DNA from: an uncultured Planctomycetota bacterium
GTDB taxonomy: Bacteria; Planctomycetota; Planctomycetia; Isosphaerales; Isosphaeraceae
Direction of reading: 5' to 3'
Assembly (NCBI GenBank): GCA_963823665.1
Contig: CAWGMQ010000005.1
Coordinates: 1,120,001 to 1,184,000 of the forward strand
Length of the DNA stretch: 64,000 nucleotides
Made by a program: the position numbers and the translations under genes. This document shows positions 40,324-49,870 of this stretch, in pieces; the first letter of the stretch is position 1, and each line of letters begins with the position of its first letter. The notes under the pieces were generated by a model. The model was not told the origin of the DNA and searched no databases. It worked only from the letters and a program-made list of their open reading frames with translations.

Positions 40324-41067
40324 ATGAGCGACCGACCCAGCCATAACCTCCGCGGCTTGGACCTGGACTTGGCTCGCCAAACGGTGCAGGACGAGATCTC
40401 CTGGCCTCCCCATGACGATCCGACGGCACATCTCGGCTCAACCGATCGTGCCAGGCCGGATAAGGCGCCTCCCGGTAAGATCCGCTATTTCGGCGACTAC
40501 GAGATCAGCGGCGAGATCGCCCAAGGCGGCATGGGCGTTGTGTTCCGCGCCCGGCAAGTGAGCCTGAACCGGCCCGTGGCACTCAAGATGATCCTCGCCG
40601 GCCAGCTCGCCGACCAAACCGATGTCAAACGTTTTTACACCGAGGCCGAGGCGGCCGCCAACCTGGATCATCCGGGCATCGTGCCGATTTATGAGGTCGG
40701 AAAGCACGACACCCAGCATTATTTCAGTATGGGCTTCGTCGAGGGCCAGAGCCTGGCGCAGCGACTGGCCGACGGGCCGCTGCCTGCCCTGGAGGCCGCC
40801 GATCTGATCCGTCGCGTCAGCGAGGCCATCGAGTATGCTCACCAGCGAGGCGTGATTCACCGTGACCTCAAGCCGAGCAATATCCTTCTCGATCAAAACG
40901 CCAATCCCCGCGTGACCGACTTCGGGCTGGCCAAGAGGGTCCAGGGCGATAGCGGTCTGACGGGTTCGGGTCAGATCATGGGGACGCCCAGCTACATGCC
41001 GCCGGAGCAGGCCGGCGGCAAGCGGGGCGAGGTGGGCCCGGCGACGAAACGGCGAATACTGGCCTGA
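40324..41067 (+). pseudogene. 3'-truncated Ser/Thr kinase
   Basis: [19 protein letters not shown] and YMPPE present; stops after subdomain VIII and lacks DVYxLG and the C-lobe. Confidence 0.85.
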
Positions 41068-41197
41068 CCTCGCGCTACTTCGATGGCCCGAGACCAAGAG
41101 GTAAGAGCCTGTATCGATTTCCAGACGGCTGAAACTGCGCGACCGAGAAGACAAATCGCCGTCGCGCCAGCATTTCTCAAGCTCAGCGAGGTAAATC

Positions 41198-41587
41198 ATG
41201 AACGCCGCACTCGACGCGGAGCTCCTCGGCAGCGTGATCTTTTTGCTCGTTCTCGCGAGCGTGCTGTGGCTTTGGTTCAAAACAAAAATGGGATCCGTCA
41301 CACGCGCGTCGCTCACGTCGTTCGTGCTCTTTGGCCATGGCCTGTTCATTTCTTACCTGCGCCATAAGTACCCTGATCCGCGACAGGACCCCGCTGGCCA
41401 GGGCTTGGGCAAGGTCTACCCGCTGTTGTTTGGCACTGCCGTGAGCGCTGTGTTCGCAATGATAGCGGCCGGATTGGTTATAGCCAGGTTTTACGAGCTC
41501 AAGCCGGCGAACCGGGCACTTGGACTCGCTCCTCTCGTTCTCCTTCTGGTTTTGTTGCTGTGTTTATGCACGGGTGTGTTCGGATAG
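41198..41587 (+). CDS. Small membrane protein
   Basis: GAGG RBS and four hydrophobic helices. Confidence 0.6.
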   Translation: MNAALDAELLGSVIFLLVLASVLWLWFKTKMGSVTRASLTSFVLFGHGLFISYLRHKYPDPRQDPAGQGLGKVYPLLFGTAVSAVFAMIAAGLVIARFYELKPANRALGLAPLVLLLVLLLCLCTGVFG

Positions 41588-41589
41588 CC

Positions 41590-41843
41590 GAATTGAAGCG
41601 CTGCGCCTCGATTCGCAGTACGCCCTCGCCTACGGATTTCGGGCCAGCGCATGGAGTCACGAATCAGACGACGCCAAAGCGCTAACTGATTACAAAAAAG
41701 CTCTCCGCCTCGATCCAAAGGACGTGCTGACCTTGTTACACCGCGCCTCATTCTGGGGGCGCAGGGGTGAAAAGGAGAAGATGATCAGCGATTTCAATGA
41801 AGCGGTGCGCCTGGAATCGAGGTACAGCTTTTTGCGATTCTGA
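41590..41843 (+). pseudogene. TPR fragment
   Basis: ALRLDSQYALAY...KALTDYKKALRLDP...SDFNEAVRL; no start codon. Confidence 0.6.
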
Positions 41844-41871
41844 ACAGACCGCGAGAACAAAATCTGTGCCG

Positions 41872-42327
41872 TCACACGCTCCAATCCGAGAATGTCGCCA
41901 GATACTCGCGTGCGACCTTTTTCAGCCAGATGAAATCCTCATCCATTCGCGCGGGCACGAGTAGGCGCGTGGCGAAGAACCCGGCGATGATCGCGACGAA
42001 TGTCACGAGGCACCCGATGAGCAAGAGGATCTTCTCGAGGAATTCGGTCTCGGTTACCGAGAGGCCCTGGGTAAGAGCCACCGTGGTGACGAGGAACAAA
42101 AGAAAGCCGGCCAGTCCCAGGAGCCACGCACCCAGGAAGGCCCGACTCCGTCGTTTGCGATGACGCGGACAGAGACCGACCGTGATTTTCCCTCGCCAGC
42201 AGACGAGCGCATATGGGAGTGAAACCGGGACGGGGAGTGAAACCGGGATGCGACTGGTTTTTATCCTGGACTCAATCGAGCCTCTTGGGGCGTTCGCCCA
42301 TGGCCACGGTCCGGCCCGGGACCACAT
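41872..42327 (-). pseudogene. Membrane protein with a degraded 5' end
   Basis: VGLCPRH, two TM helices and IWLKKVAREYL at the C-terminus; contains an 18-bp tandem duplication at about 42214-42249. Confidence 0.45.
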
Positions 42328-42556
42328 CGACGAGCACTCGCTCGGCTGTTTCTTCGTCGCGCGCAGCAGGTTCGTCAGTCGGTGAAGAGGCGATGCTCAG
42401 CGGACCGGTGCGAGCTCGCTCGGCGAGAGGCGATAGACCGTCGCGGTGAATTTGCCGTTCGTACCCAAGACTGTATCGAGCACGTACAGGTCACCATCCT
42501 GTCCGAGGGCCATCGAATCAACAAAGTGCTGTCGAAGGGGCACGAACTTGGACAGG

Positions 42557-42930
42557 TTATAGGACGTGGCCACGCCGCTTGCCGTGATCCGGCCGATCTT
42601 GAAGGACGTCGAAATCCCGTCCGAGAACCAGAGCGATCCGTCCGCCGGACCCAGATAAGTCCTGAATGAGTCGGAAATCGCCGCAGGGATCTTGTTGCGC
42701 GATGGCGCCGGCCATCGACACCTTAAGGACTTCGTTCTGCGAAAGGTTGTTTCCCAAGGCGCTCACGACGAGGCTCGCGCTCGACCCGTTGTCCACCGAC
42801 CCGGTAAACAGGCCACGCATCGGGAACTGAGTGACGGCGCCGCTCGGGGACATCCGGCCGAAAACGAAGGATTTGCCCAAGCCCGCGGTGAACCAGAGAT
42901 TTCCGTCGGCTCCGGCCGCGAGTGAGTCCA
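42557..42930 (-). pseudogene. Vgb (virginiamycin B lyase)-like beta-propeller fragment
   Basis: AAGADGNLWFT...GRMSPSGAVTQFP, with further repeats in shifted frames. Confidence 0.55.
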
Positions 42931-43153
42931 CGAATGGCGGCGATTTGGAACCGAAGGACGCACACCGTTCGGGCTTCGGTACGTTTTCCAGAGACCGTGC
43001 GGGGCGCCCGACAGAACTGGTTCTCGCAGCCGCACGTGAGGTCGACCCGTGCGTACAGGCAAGTGTGCCGGAGGCGAGCATTACCGACCCGTCCGAGTGG
43101 CACGACTTGATCCGGATCATTTCGGATCTCAGGTCAGCAGGACAGTCTGCCGC

Positions 43154-44764
43154 TCAGCGGACGACCTCGGTGAATGCACTTTCGCTCGACGCTCCGTCAG
43201 TGGCGTCGATCATCCCGTCAAGCGAGACCTTAACCTCCCCTTTGTACGGCTTGGCGAGGCTGATTGAGACGGTGTCCGTGGCCTCGGCATAAAGGACGGT
43301 CTTGATCTTCACTTTCTTGCTGAAGACCACCCTCCTTCGCCTCGGCACACCTCCCGAGATTCTGTAAAGGGCGGGATTGTTGACCGAGTCGGGCGCCATC
43401 GCCTCATTGAAGGCGATCGTCACTGCGCTGACTTTCTTCTTTGTCTGCTGGACTTCGACCACACCGAGAACCTGGGGCGCGGCCGCCTCGCCGCCGCCCC
43501 CTCCAGTGGTCCCGCCGCCGCCCCCGCCGCTGGTCGGGCCCACGGTCAGTGTATTCGAGGCGTCGGAGTCCCATAACGGCACTTGCGTGGTAGGCCCCCC
43601 CATCTGGGCTTGAACTCGAAATGTGTACTGATTCTCGGACAGATCCTCGGTCCATTGCGCTGGCACCGTGTAGGTCGTCGTTCCCGGTTCGACGGAACCA
43701 ATTGACTGGAACGCGCTGCCATCCACGGACCATTCGACGACGTAGGGCGCAGCACCGCCGGTATGATCGGTCCATTGGAGGCTAAGCATCCCGCCGGACA
43801 GCGACCCAGTCAGATTCGTCGGCGCGGCAGACGGAAGCGCGGCGTAGACGATCTGCGAAACGGCTGGGACGTTGGCCGCGGTCGCCGCGACGATCATGTA
43901 TTCGTAAAGAGTCGCGCCGGCGGCATCATCGTCGATATAAGAGGTACTCCCAACCGGAAGCGTGGCAATCGGCTCGAACGTGCCATTTGCGACGGCGCGT
44001 TCCACAGTGTAAGTCGCCTGGCCTGCATTCGTGTCGGTCCAGGTGATCTGGATCTGGTTCGTCGAAGCATCCGAAGCCGTAACATTCCGCGGGACCTGGG
44101 CCTGGCCGGGTCGTACCGGGTAAAGCGTGTCGATTGCGGCAATGTCGTCGGCGCTCAGGACGGTGTTCTGGGGTAGCGGCGTCCCGTTGAGTTCCGTGGC
44201 GACTGGGAGACCATTTGCCGAACCGACATATCCATTGTAGAGCATGATCGAGGAATAGTCGAAGGGCCCGACGTCCCTCACGAAGCCGGCAGGAAACGGC
44301 GCCCAAACGCTGGCATCAGCAGCCAGGAGATTTTGATTATTAATGATAATATAACTACTCGCGTCCAGCATTTGTTGTTCGTGCCAAAAGCCGAGGACGT
44401 GGCCCATCTCATGCAGAATAATGTAGGTCAGGTCGAGGTCGTTGATACCGGCGTATTGCTCAACCCCTTGCTGATAGCCGACCTGCGCTTCATTCTCCCC
44501 TGGCAAGTCCGCATACTCAAAGTCAACGTAGCCAGCCTGGTTCGTTCGGGGGATCCACTGCGTATCGGTTTCATCGTTATACTCGTTGATTGCTTGGATG
44601 ATCCCTGACGGATCCTTGATCAACGGGTCGATCACGTACGGAATCTGGCCATTCGGCCAGAGGTCTTGTGCAAACGGCCCGGCAACCACGGCCGAGAGCA
44701 CCGTCCTCGGTTCGAGAGGCTCCAGGGAAAACCGATGGGCTCGGTTGGAAGGCTTGCGGGACAC
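43154..44764 (-). CDS. Astacin (M12A) metallopeptidase with FN3 domains and a planctomycete LEPR N-terminus
   Basis: LEPLEPRTVLS, HEMGHVLGFWHEQ zinc motif, FDYSSIMLY Met-turn, two FN3-like domains; GTG start after GGAG. Confidence 0.9.
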   Translation of the reverse strand: MSRKPSNRAHRFSLEPLEPRTVLSAVVAGPFAQDLWPNGQIPYVIDPLIKDPSGIIQAINEYNDETDTQWIPRTNQAGYVDFEYADLPGENEAQVGYQQGVEQYAGINDLDLTYIILHEMGHVLGFWHEQQMLDASSYIIINNQNLLAADASVWAPFPAGFVRDVGPFDYSSIMLYNGYVGSANGLPVATELNGTPLPQNTVLSADDIAAIDTLYPVRPGQAQVPRNVTASDASTNQIQITWTDTNAGQATYTVERAVANGTFEPIATLPVGSTSYIDDDAAGATLYEYMIVAATAANVPAVSQIVYAALPSAAPTNLTGSLSGGMLSLQWTDHTGGAAPYVVEWSVDGSAFQSIGSVEPGTTTYTVPAQWTEDLSENQYTFRVQAQMGGPTTQVPLWDSDASNTLTVGPTSGGGGGGTTGGGGGEAAAPQVLGVVEVQQTKKKVSAVTIAFNEAMAPDSVNNPALYRISGGVPRRRRVVFSKKVKIKTVLYAEATDTVSISLAKPYKGEVKVSLDGMIDATDGASSESAFTEVVR

Positions 44765-44816
44765 AGGAACATCTCCGTGGCTCTTGGCGATTCTCAAGCG
44801 ACGCGACTCGCGCCAC

Positions 44817-44978
44817 TCAGCGGACATCCTCCGGGAGTTTACTGTCGCTCGACGTTTCGTCGGTGGCCTCGATTATGCCTTCAGGCGGGACCTTGAGTTG
44901 TCCTTTGTGAGGCTTGGCGAGGCGGATCGAGACCGTGTCCGCGGCCCCGTCAGAGTGGACGGTCCGAATCTTCATGTG
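44817..44978 (-). pseudogene. Remnant paralogous to the C-terminus of the M12 peptidase
   Basis: KIRTVHSDGAADTVSIRLAKPHKGQLKV aligns with KIKTVLYAEATDTVSISLAKPYKGEVKV. Confidence 0.7.
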
Positions 44979-44988
44979 CTGGCAATAA

Positions 44989-47061
44989 TCAAAGGGCGCT
45001 GATCTCCTTCCCACCCGCCGCAATGGTGAAAACGGTACTTCCGTCGAGTCCAGTGCCGGATATGCCGGTGACGCCGGACGAGGGACCACTGACCACTGTG
45101 ATCTGACCCCCGGTCGGGAATGTCTGCTTGCCGTTGAACGTCAGGATGATCGCGTCGCTCTCCGCGCTGTATGCGACCGAGAAACCCTTGATCGGATGAA
45201 GTTTGAGCTGGATTCTCCCTTTGACCCGCTTGGACGCGACGGAATCGACTCGATAATTTGCACTGGTCGTCGCGCTCGAGGGATTGAGCGGGTCGCTGGA
45301 CTCGAACATGAATCCGGTGAGGACCGGGCGGCCGACGGGCTCGCCGTTCCTCTTGGTCTTGCGGCGGAAGATCGGTCGCTCGCCAATAATGGTTGGCGCC
45401 GCGGGGTTTATCACCAGGGTGCCGGTGACGCTCGCGGCCGTGTAGTTCGGATTGTCAAGTGTCGCGGCAACGGAGTAACTGCCCGGTTGCGTCGGTGCTG
45501 GCACGACAACGCCGTTCTGCGAATAAGTCACCGTCACGCCCGCGAGGCCCTCGGGGTCAGTGCTGACCGTCGCTGTGTGGGGCGTGCCATCATATGTGAA
45601 GCTCAATCCGCTGAACGTCAAGGTCGCCTGGGCTGGGTTCACGGTCAAGTTGCCGCTGCCGCTGCTACTGGCGTCGGTCGAGTCACCGGCAAAGCTGGCC
45701 GCCACCGCGCCGGAGTAATTGCCGGCGCTCAAGCTGTGCAGGCTCGCACCGGCCAACGTGGCGATCCCGCTCGCATTGGTTGTCGCCATGCCGGCCAACG
45801 TGGTGTTGCCGGCTTCGTCCAGAGTGAAAGCGATCTGCTGGCCCACCACGGGCGATCCGCCGGCACTCAGAGTCGCCGTCAGGGTGGCCGTACCGCCGTA
45901 GGTCGCGTTCGCTGAAACCGCCGCAAGGCTGGTGGGTATTGGAGTCGGCGTGGCAGTGGCGGACACCTCCCGGACGACGTCGTTGCCAACGTCGGCAATG
46001 AAAAGATCGCCTTGCGCGTCCACCACGACGGCCTCGGGCCTGCTGAGTTCGGCCGCGGTGGCCGGTCCGCCGTCGCCGCTGTAACCACCGGTACCGTCTC
46101 CGGCAACGGTGGTGATCACGCCCGTAGTCTGATTGACCTCGCGGATCACGTTGTTGTATGTGTCGGCGATGAAAAGATCACCCGCCGTGTCCAACCCTAT
46201 TCCGACGGGCAAATCGAGGGAGGCGTCGGTGGCCGGGCCACCGTCACCGCTGTATCCATTGTTGCCGTCGCCGACGACGGTAGTGATGACGCCGGTGACG
46301 TGATTGACCTCACGGACCGCGGAATTCCCGTAGTCCGCGATGAAGACGTCGCCTACCGAGTCCACCGCAACGCCGCTAGGGTACCTGAGTTGGGCGTCGG
46401 TGGCGGGCCCGCCGTCGCCGCCACCGCCGAAAGTGCCGTCGCCCGCGACCGTCGTGATCATGCCGCTGGTGAGATTCACTTTGCGGATCACCTGGTCACC
46501 GGGGTCGGCGATGAAGATGTCGCCTTCGGAGTCCAGCGCGATGCCTTGCGGCCTGCCGAGCATGGCGTCGGTCGCCGGGCCTCCATCACCGCTGTAACCA
46601 AAGTTACCGTCGCCGGCTACGGTCGTGATAACGCCCGTGGTGTGATTCACCTCGCGGATGACGGCGTTTAGAGTGTCGGCGATGAAAATGTTGCCTTCCG
46701 AGTCCACTGCGACTCCAGACGGCGCGTTGAGCTCGGCGGCGGTGGCCGGACCGCCGTCACCGGTATTACCAGCGGTACCGTTGCCGGCGACCGTCGTGAT
46801 CACCCCGGTGGCGTGGTTCACCTCGCGGATCACATTATTCGAGAGGTCGGCGATGAAAAGGTTGCTTAGCGAGTCCACCGCGACGCTATAGGGGCCATCG
46901 AGCTCGGCGGCGGTGGCTCGCCCGCCATCACCGTTGTAACCATCGCGGTAGCCCTCGCCGGCGACCGTGGTGATGATGGATGTGCTACTAGCCAGCAAGC
47001 AACGATTCTCGACCTGCTCAAACACAGGGCAGAAAACGCGCCGTCTGCGCAAACAATGCAT
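44989..47061 (-). CDS. Extracellular NHL-repeat protein with Ig-like and MBG-like domains
   Basis: FEQVENRCLLA motif; six ITTVAG.G..G..GDGGPAT.A.L..P.G repeats; YDGTPH...PG.Y.V MBG-like segment. Confidence 0.9.
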   Translation of the reverse strand: MHCLRRRRVFCPVFEQVENRCLLASSTSIITTVAGEGYRDGYNGDGGRATAAELDGPYSVAVDSLSNLFIADLSNNVIREVNHATGVITTVAGNGTAGNTGDGGPATAAELNAPSGVAVDSEGNIFIADTLNAVIREVNHTTGVITTVAGDGNFGYSGDGGPATDAMLGRPQGIALDSEGDIFIADPGDQVIRKVNLTSGMITTVAGDGTFGGGGDGGPATDAQLRYPSGVAVDSVGDVFIADYGNSAVREVNHVTGVITTVVGDGNNGYSGDGGPATDASLDLPVGIGLDTAGDLFIADTYNNVIREVNQTTGVITTVAGDGTGGYSGDGGPATAAELSRPEAVVVDAQGDLFIADVGNDVVREVSATATPTPIPTSLAAVSANATYGGTATLTATLSAGGSPVVGQQIAFTLDEAGNTTLAGMATTNASGIATLAGASLHSLSAGNYSGAVAASFAGDSTDASSSGSGNLTVNPAQATLTFSGLSFTYDGTPHTATVSTDPEGLAGVTVTYSQNGVVVPAPTQPGSYSVAATLDNPNYTAASVTGTLVINPAAPTIIGERPIFRRKTKRNGEPVGRPVLTGFMFESSDPLNPSSATTSANYRVDSVASKRVKGRIQLKLHPIKGFSVAYSAESDAIILTFNGKQTFPTGGQITVVSGPSSGVTGISGTGLDGSTVFTIAAGGKEISAL

Positions 47062-47141
47062 GGGACAGCAAGACCCCGTCAGCGGATTGGGCTACATTCC
47101 GCCAGTGACAGTCACGAGGCGAACGCCGGCTCTACCCCTAC

Positions 47142-47176
47142 AGTCACCGCGCGACCGAGAAGCGAACGCGGCGATT
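47142..47176 (-). promoter_or_regulatory. 35-bp upstream element, copy 1 (copy 2 at 49011-49045)
   Basis: 34/35 identical; each copy lies upstream of a minus-strand secreted-protein gene. Confidence 0.6.
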
Positions 47177-47249
47177 TCGTTTTTTTTTTAATCTCGTCCC
47201 GATGATCTTGTTCTGGAAAGACTCCGCGGTACCTCGGCCCCCAACCGCA

Positions 47250-47424
47250 ACGCTCGACCACCCCAACATCGTCCCGGTGTATGAAAGCGGCAGCGTCGGC
47301 ATGGTCGCTTACCTCGCGTCGACGTACTGCCTCGGCCCGACGCTCGCCGAATGGCTGGCGAGCCAATCACGGCCGGTGCCGCCGCACGACGTCGCTCACC
47401 TCGGCGCCCTGCTCGCGCGGGCAA
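47250..47424 (+). pseudogene. Near-identical copy of an internal segment of the kinase gene (about 50332-50506)
   Basis: Both encode TLDHPNIVPVYESGSVGMVAYLASTYCLGPTLAEWLASQSRPVPPHDVAHLGA. Confidence 0.9.
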
Positions 47425-47452
47425 CCGGCGACTCGCCATGGTGAGGTTCCTC

Positions 47453-47962
47453 CTATTTCGTTGGCTTGAGACTGATGTGGGCGTTGAAGGGGACAGGCGG
47501 GTGGTATCCCCCGCGGAACCCCACGATCCCGTTGACAAGATTGATCGTCCCCGCGACGTGAATGCCGGTGTAGCTCCCGGTTGCGGAGCGTACCTGCACC
47601 GTCGCACGTATTTCCTCCGCGTCTTGACGTCGGAGCGGGAAATACCCATGCGTCTTCAAGGACAACGTCAGACTTCCCTGGCTGTTGGAAAACGTCAAGA
47701 TTCCTTTGTCGTTCAGGGCACCCTTACCCCCGCCAAAGAATCCGGTCGCAGTGACGTTCCCCAGGGGCGTCATTGCGCCCGTCCCACCAATCTGATACCC
47801 TTGGGCTGAAATCGTCTCCGTGCCCTGAATCGATCCGACCAGCGCCGGGCTCATGGCCCTTCCTTTCGACACGCCATCAGGCGACGCTCCGGGGCCTGCG
47901 TGCGAAAGCAAAGCACGCCGCTCCAGCGGCTCGAACTGCGTGTTGAGATTTCGATAGGCCAT
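47453..47962 (-). CDS. Small planctomycete extracellular protein
   Basis: FEPLERRALLS motif followed by a beta-rich domain. Confidence 0.7.
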   Translation of the reverse strand: MAYRNLNTQFEPLERRALLSHAGPGASPDGVSKGRAMSPALVGSIQGTETISAQGYQIGGTGAMTPLGNVTATGFFGGGKGALNDKGILTFSNSQGSLTLSLKTHGYFPLRRQDAEEIRATVQVRSATGSYTGIHVAGTINLVNGIVGFRGGYHPPVPFNAHISLKPTK

Positions 47963-48075
47963 GACCCATTGCCTTTCGTTGAGTTCGATGCACCTGCAGG
48001 CGACGAACCGACGCGGCGGGATCAGGAAAGGCGGCGAACGATTCGCTATAGCAACGGAGGAAGGAAACGTTCTCG

Positions 48076-48942
48076 TCAACTCAACCGCGATTCCTCGGCC
48101 TTTTTGCTGACACTGCGACTGACGCTGCCGACCACGGCGATGATGCCCATCGCAAACAGCACCAGGCTCGATGGCTCTGGTATCGCGCTATTACTGACGA
48201 CAAAACCCGCCTCCGGGTCGAAGTCAATGTAGCTCGACCCTGCCGACTCTTTCGTGAACGTGGCTTGCATGGTGATGCTTACATCTATACCAGGCGGATA
48301 AATGATAACGCCCTGTGGGTTATAGATAACGTTTCCGTATTCGTAAGCGAACAAAGTTGGCGGGCTCTTGACGCTTATGTCAAAATTACCGGGGCTTGTT
48401 ATCACGCCGCTCGCGTAATTATTGAGAACTGCCAAGGCGCCGGAACCATACAACTGATATGCGATCGAGTCGCCGGGCGCAACATACCCCTTGACTTCAC
48501 CTTGATAGCTTACATAAAAGTACTGGGTTTCACCGGGCAGTATGGGGGTTATTTGGGCGACCTCAGTGGCATGGGCGATTACCGACCCGGCGATACCGTT
48601 GGTATAGGTAGACGGACCGCCGCTCTGGGAAAGCTGTAAGTTTGTGTCCATGCTGATCAGCGAGGACGAGACCGATTCCGATGCCCCAAAGGAAACCGAA
48701 CCCGAGATCGGTGTGCCAGGATAGTTGGGTGCGAATAGTGGAGTCGGAGAAACAACAACGGGCGGACCGGGATAATAGCTCCAAGACCCGGTAACGGGCA
48801 AGCCATTGGATGCGGCCAGAGCAGTTCCGCCGGTTGTGATGTCAGCTCCCGCGATGGCGAGCACCAGGTCGGCGTTCGCCGACCCGGAGGCCAGTAGAAA
48901 GCTCGCGACTGTCGCCGAAAAGGCCCACTGTGAACGCTTCAT
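48076..48942 (-). CDS. PEP-CTERM sorting-domain protein
   Basis: Signal peptide ending ANA; C-terminal IPEPSSLVLFAMG, TM helix and basic tail. Confidence 0.88.
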   Translation of the reverse strand: MKRSQWAFSATVASFLLASGSANADLVLAIAGADITTGGTALAASNGLPVTGSWSYYPGPPVVVSPTPLFAPNYPGTPISGSVSFGASESVSSSLISMDTNLQLSQSGGPSTYTNGIAGSVIAHATEVAQITPILPGETQYFYVSYQGEVKGYVAPGDSIAYQLYGSGALAVLNNYASGVITSPGNFDISVKSPPTLFAYEYGNVIYNPQGVIIYPPGIDVSITMQATFTKESAGSSYIDFDPEAGFVVSNSAIPEPSSLVLFAMGIIAVVGSVSRSVSKKAEESRLS

Positions 48943-49010
48943 CGGAACACCTTTTCAAGTTCGAACGGTCGGGACGGTGCGTGTGGTCCCGAGTGTTTCC
49001 CTGCCTCTAA

Positions 49011-49045
49011 AGTCACCGCGCGACCGAGAAGCGAACGCGGCAATT
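49011..49045 (-). promoter_or_regulatory. 35-bp upstream element, copy 2
   Basis: Matches 47142-47176; lies in the divergent region between the PEP-CTERM and ECF sigma genes. Confidence 0.6.
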
Positions 49046-49213
49046 ACAGTTTCTAGAATTCCGTACTCTTGAGCATCTTCCGGGAGTCTCTGCGGCGCCT
49101 CCGTGCCAACGGCAAAAGGTCGCGCGGACGAGTCTCGCCGTTGCCCCTTCCGCAGGGTATGATGGTCGAAACCCTCGGTGCTACGAACCACGCTTGCGAG
49201 TCGGGGAGGGACG

Positions 49214-49870
49214 ATGACGGTCATTTCCAAGACGAATGTTCCGGGTGAGATCGGCACCCAACCGCTCGGCTTGACTTCCGCGTCCGATACCGGGGTTTCA
49301 TCCGAGATCGACACTCCCCACCCAGCACTCGACGGCTGCCGGCAGTATCTCCTTTTGATCGCCAACGAGATGATCGGGCCAGAGCTCCAAGCCAAGTTCG
49401 GGGCATCGGACCTCGTGCAGGACACGTTCATCGAGGCACAGCGGCACCTGGCCGGGTTTCGGGGGACGAGTAACGCCGAAATGCGAGCCTGGCTGCGCGA
49501 GATCTTGGAATGCCGGCTCTCGAACGTGCGGCGCGCCTACGTTGCGACCGGGAAGCGCGCCCTCGGGCGCGAGGTGGCGATCGAGACCTTGCGCGTCGCG
49601 TCGGAAGAGCAGGGTGACATTCTTGCGAGTCGGGTGCCATCGCCAAGCAGCCATGCAATGCGATCGGAACTGACTCAGGCCCTCGATCGCGCGATGGCGC
49701 GTTTGCCCGAGCACTACCGGCAGGCCGTGCGCTATCGGCACCAGGACGAACTTCCGTGGGACGAGATCGGCCAGCGGATGCACTGTTCCGCGGATGCGGT
49801 GCGCATGGTCTGGAGCCGGGCCATTCGCCAGTTGAAGAAAGAAATGGAGATTCACGGACCAATGCGATGA
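49214..49870 (+). CDS. ECF sigma-70 factor (planctomycete type)
   Basis: ASDLVQDTF, AWLREIL, LPEHYRQAV and EIGQRM.CSADAVR motifs; ATGA overlap with the kinase gene. Confidence 0.92.
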   Translation: MTVISKTNVPGEIGTQPLGLTSASDTGVSSEIDTPHPALDGCRQYLLLIANEMIGPELQAKFGASDLVQDTFIEAQRHLAGFRGTSNAEMRAWLREILECRLSNVRRAYVATGKRALGREVAIETLRVASEEQGDILASRVPSPSSHAMRSELTQALDRAMARLPEHYRQAVRYRHQDELPWDEIGQRMHCSADAVRMVWSRAIRQLKKEMEIHGPMR

